Of a stretch of DNA of 24,000 nt, positions 22,462 through 24,000 are shown in pieces. The notes beneath the pieces are model-generated. The model ran no database searches. It had not been told where the DNA came from and saw nothing but the letters and a program-made list of their open reading frames with translations. Every line of letters starts with the position of its first letter. Position 1 is the first letter of the stretch. This stretch comes from Rhodococcus sp. RD6.2. GTDB lineage: Bacteria; Actinomycetota; Actinomycetes; Mycobacteriales; Mycobacteriaceae. The stretch is taken from positions 24,675 to 48,674 of the forward strand of contig NZ_CVQP01000005.1 in NCBI RefSeq assembly GCF_001040705.1, written 5' to 3'. A program made the translations under genes and the position numbers.

Positions 22462-24000
22462 ATGATCGCGCGGCCCGCGGGGCTAACCCGGCTGGCCGAG
22501 CCCGCGTTCGGTCTTGCTCTCGCGTTGGTGATACTGGGGCCCCTGCTCGGGCCGGGTCACCTGCTGGTGCGGGATGCGGTGAGCACGCCTCGGTCGTACC
22601 TGACCGACTCGGCGTTGGGCCTGTCGGACGCCGCAGCGCGCGCGGTACCGCAGGATGCGGCGCTGGCGGTCGCGTCGACGGTGGTCGACGGCGGAGTGGT
22701 CGTGAAGGTCGTTCTGCTGCTCGCGCTGTGGGCGGCGGGGTGGGGCGCGGCGCGCATGGTCGCGGTGCTGCTGCCGACCGCCGCTCTGCCCGCCCGACTG
22801 CTGGCATCGACGGTGACGCTGTGGAATCCGTACGTCGCGGAACGTCTGCTGCAGGGGCACTGGAGTCTTCTGACGGGGTACGCGACGTTGCCGTGGATCG
22901 TGGTCGCGGTCGTCGCGATCAGGCGGTCGACGCCGGGAGTCCTGGTCTGGTGTCCGCTGGTGTTCGCGCTGGCCGCCGCCGGGTTGACCCCGACGGGCGC
23001 CGTCATGGCGTCACTGCTGGCGTTGCTGCTGCTCGCGACGCCGGGCGGTCGGTCGAGGCGCGGCGTTCGCGTCCTGGTCGGGGCGCTGATCGCGGCGGGG
23101 GTGTCGGCGCCGTGGCTCGCGGCGACCGCGCTGTCCGGGGCGGGCGCGCAGGGCGCGGACCCGGCGGGGGTCGCGGCGTTCGCGGCGCGCGCCGAACCGG
23201 GCCTGGCGACGGTGGGCAGTCTCGCCGGGTTGGGCGGGATCTGGAATGCGGACGCCGTCCCGGGCAGCCGAACGTCACTGTGGGCGTTGATCGCGACGGT
23301 GCTGCTGCTGACGCTGGTCGCGTGCGGGCTGCCCGCGCTGTGGCGCAGGCGCCGGAATCCGATACTGGTGGTGTTGGCCGCTCTTGCGGTGGTCGCCGTG
23401 GTGCTGCCTGCGCTCGGAGCGACCGGGTGGGGACTGACCGTCGCGGAGTGGGCGGTCGTGCACGTGCCGGGGTTCGGACTGCTGCGCGACGCCCAGAAGT
23501 GGGTCGCGCTCGCGGTGCCGTTCTACGCACTCGCGGCGGCGGTCGGAGTCGGAGTGCTCGCGGCGCTCGGCCGTCGCGTGTTCACCCCCGACCGGACCGA
23601 CGCCGGCCCGCCTCGCGCCGCGGCAGGCGTCGCGATTGCCGTCGTTCTGCTGTCACTACCTGACCTGGCGTGGGGTGTCGGGGGCGCGCTGCGGCCGGTG
23701 CACTATCCGGACTCCTGGCAGCAGGTGGCGGCCGTACTCGACGGTGCCGACGGCGATGTCGCGGTGCTGCCCGCCGGGACGTTCCGCCGGTTCCCGTATT
23801 CGGGTTCCGCGCCGGTACTCGACCCGGCGCCGCGGATGCTGCCCCTCGACGTGCCACAGAGCGGGCGACTGCTGGTCGGCTCCTCCGAGCCCACGTTCGG
23901 CGGCGCCGGGTACACCGACATCGACGGCGAGAGTGAGCGCGCCGACATGATCGACGTCGTCCTGCACTTCGACGGAACGACCGACGACCTCGCAGACCTG
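22462..24000 (+). CDS. Polytopic integral membrane protein, 3'-truncated by the window edge. It is possibly an Rv0226c-like or GT-C-type envelope glycosyltransferase, but the function is unassigned.
   Basis: Not in the ORF track because it has no stop in the window. I hand-translated it from ATG 22462: MIARPAGLTRLAEPAFGLALALVILGPLLGPGHLLVRDAVSTPRSYL...WNPYVAERLLQGHWSLLTGYATLPW...DAQKWVALAVPFYALAAAVG.... It is open for 513 codons to position 24000, with very high third-position G/C and multiple TM helices followed by a soluble segment. In-frame ATGs at 22435 and 22438 are alternatives, but the intervening codons are AT-rich at third positions. Confidence 0.75.
   Translation, partial: MIARPAGLTRLAEPAFGLALALVILGPLLGPGHLLVRDAVSTPRSYLTDSALGLSDAAARAVPQDAALAVASTVVDGGVVVKVVLLLALWAAGWGAARMVAVLLPTAALPARLLASTVTLWNPYVAERLLQGHWSLLTGYATLPWIVVAVVAIRRSTPGVLVWCPLVFALAAAGLTPTGAVMASLLALLLLATPGGRSRRGVRVLVGALIAAGVSAPWLAATALSGAGAQGADPAGVAAFAARAEPGLATVGSLAGLGGIWNADAVPGSRTSLWALIATVLLLTLVACGLPALWRRRRNPILVVLAALAVVAVVLPALGATGWGLTVAEWAVVHVPGFGLLRDAQKWVALAVPFYALAAAVGVGVLAALGRRVFTPDRTDAGPPRAAAGVAIAVVLLSLPDLAWGVGGALRPVHYPDSWQQVAAVLDGADGDVAVLPAGTFRRFPYSGSAPVLDPAPRMLPLDVPQSGRLLVGSSEPTFGGAGYTDIDGESERADMIDVVLHFDGTTDDLADL

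Overview
High-GC (roughly 68-70% by eye) actinobacterial chromosome, most consistent with a Rhodococcus/Nocardia-type member of the Corynebacteriales. It is densely coding. Most long ORFs in the six-frame track are R/G/P/A-rich antisense or off-frame shadows. I accept 18 CDSs, two of which run off the window edges and are therefore missing from the track. Left third: a membrane-anchored Pro-rich protein (partial), then a regulator-first operon of TetR, Baeyer-Villiger monooxygenase and ChoD-like GMC oxidoreductase joined by two ATGA overlaps. This is followed by a secreted GH19 hydrolase and an aldo/keto reductase. The remainder is a conserved mycolata lipid and cell-envelope block. From my memory of M. 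tuberculosis H37Rv it is syntenic with Rv0243..Rv0236c and Rv0228..Rv0226c: fadA2 <> fabG4-htdX, TetR, lpqI, Rv0236A-like small secreted protein, aftD, acyltransferase-3, DUF3068/PorA-like protein and a polytopic membrane protein. A universal stress protein, a 2-TM micro-ORF and a MOP-type flippase are interspersed. I see no hallmarks of a mobile element, CRISPR array, rRNA/tRNA gene or defence island, and no convincing evidence of a wholly new system. The best leads are regulatory or architectural. (1) A near-identical AT-rich palindrome (CTTACT-N4-AGTAAG) lies both upstream of the TetR gene and in the fadA2/fabG4 divergent region, implying a small regulon. (2) The coupled TetR-BVMO-GMC cassette has its own imperfect palindrome. 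(3) Three tandem ~24-bp repeats lie between lpqI and the TetR operator. (4) A 631-bp non-coding gap with GC dips lies upstream of the GH19 gene. (5) aftD and the acyltransferase overlap convergently by 139 bp. (6) An uncharacterised flippase plus membrane-protein pair sits next to aftD. All functional calls rest on motif recognition and recalled homology, not on searches.
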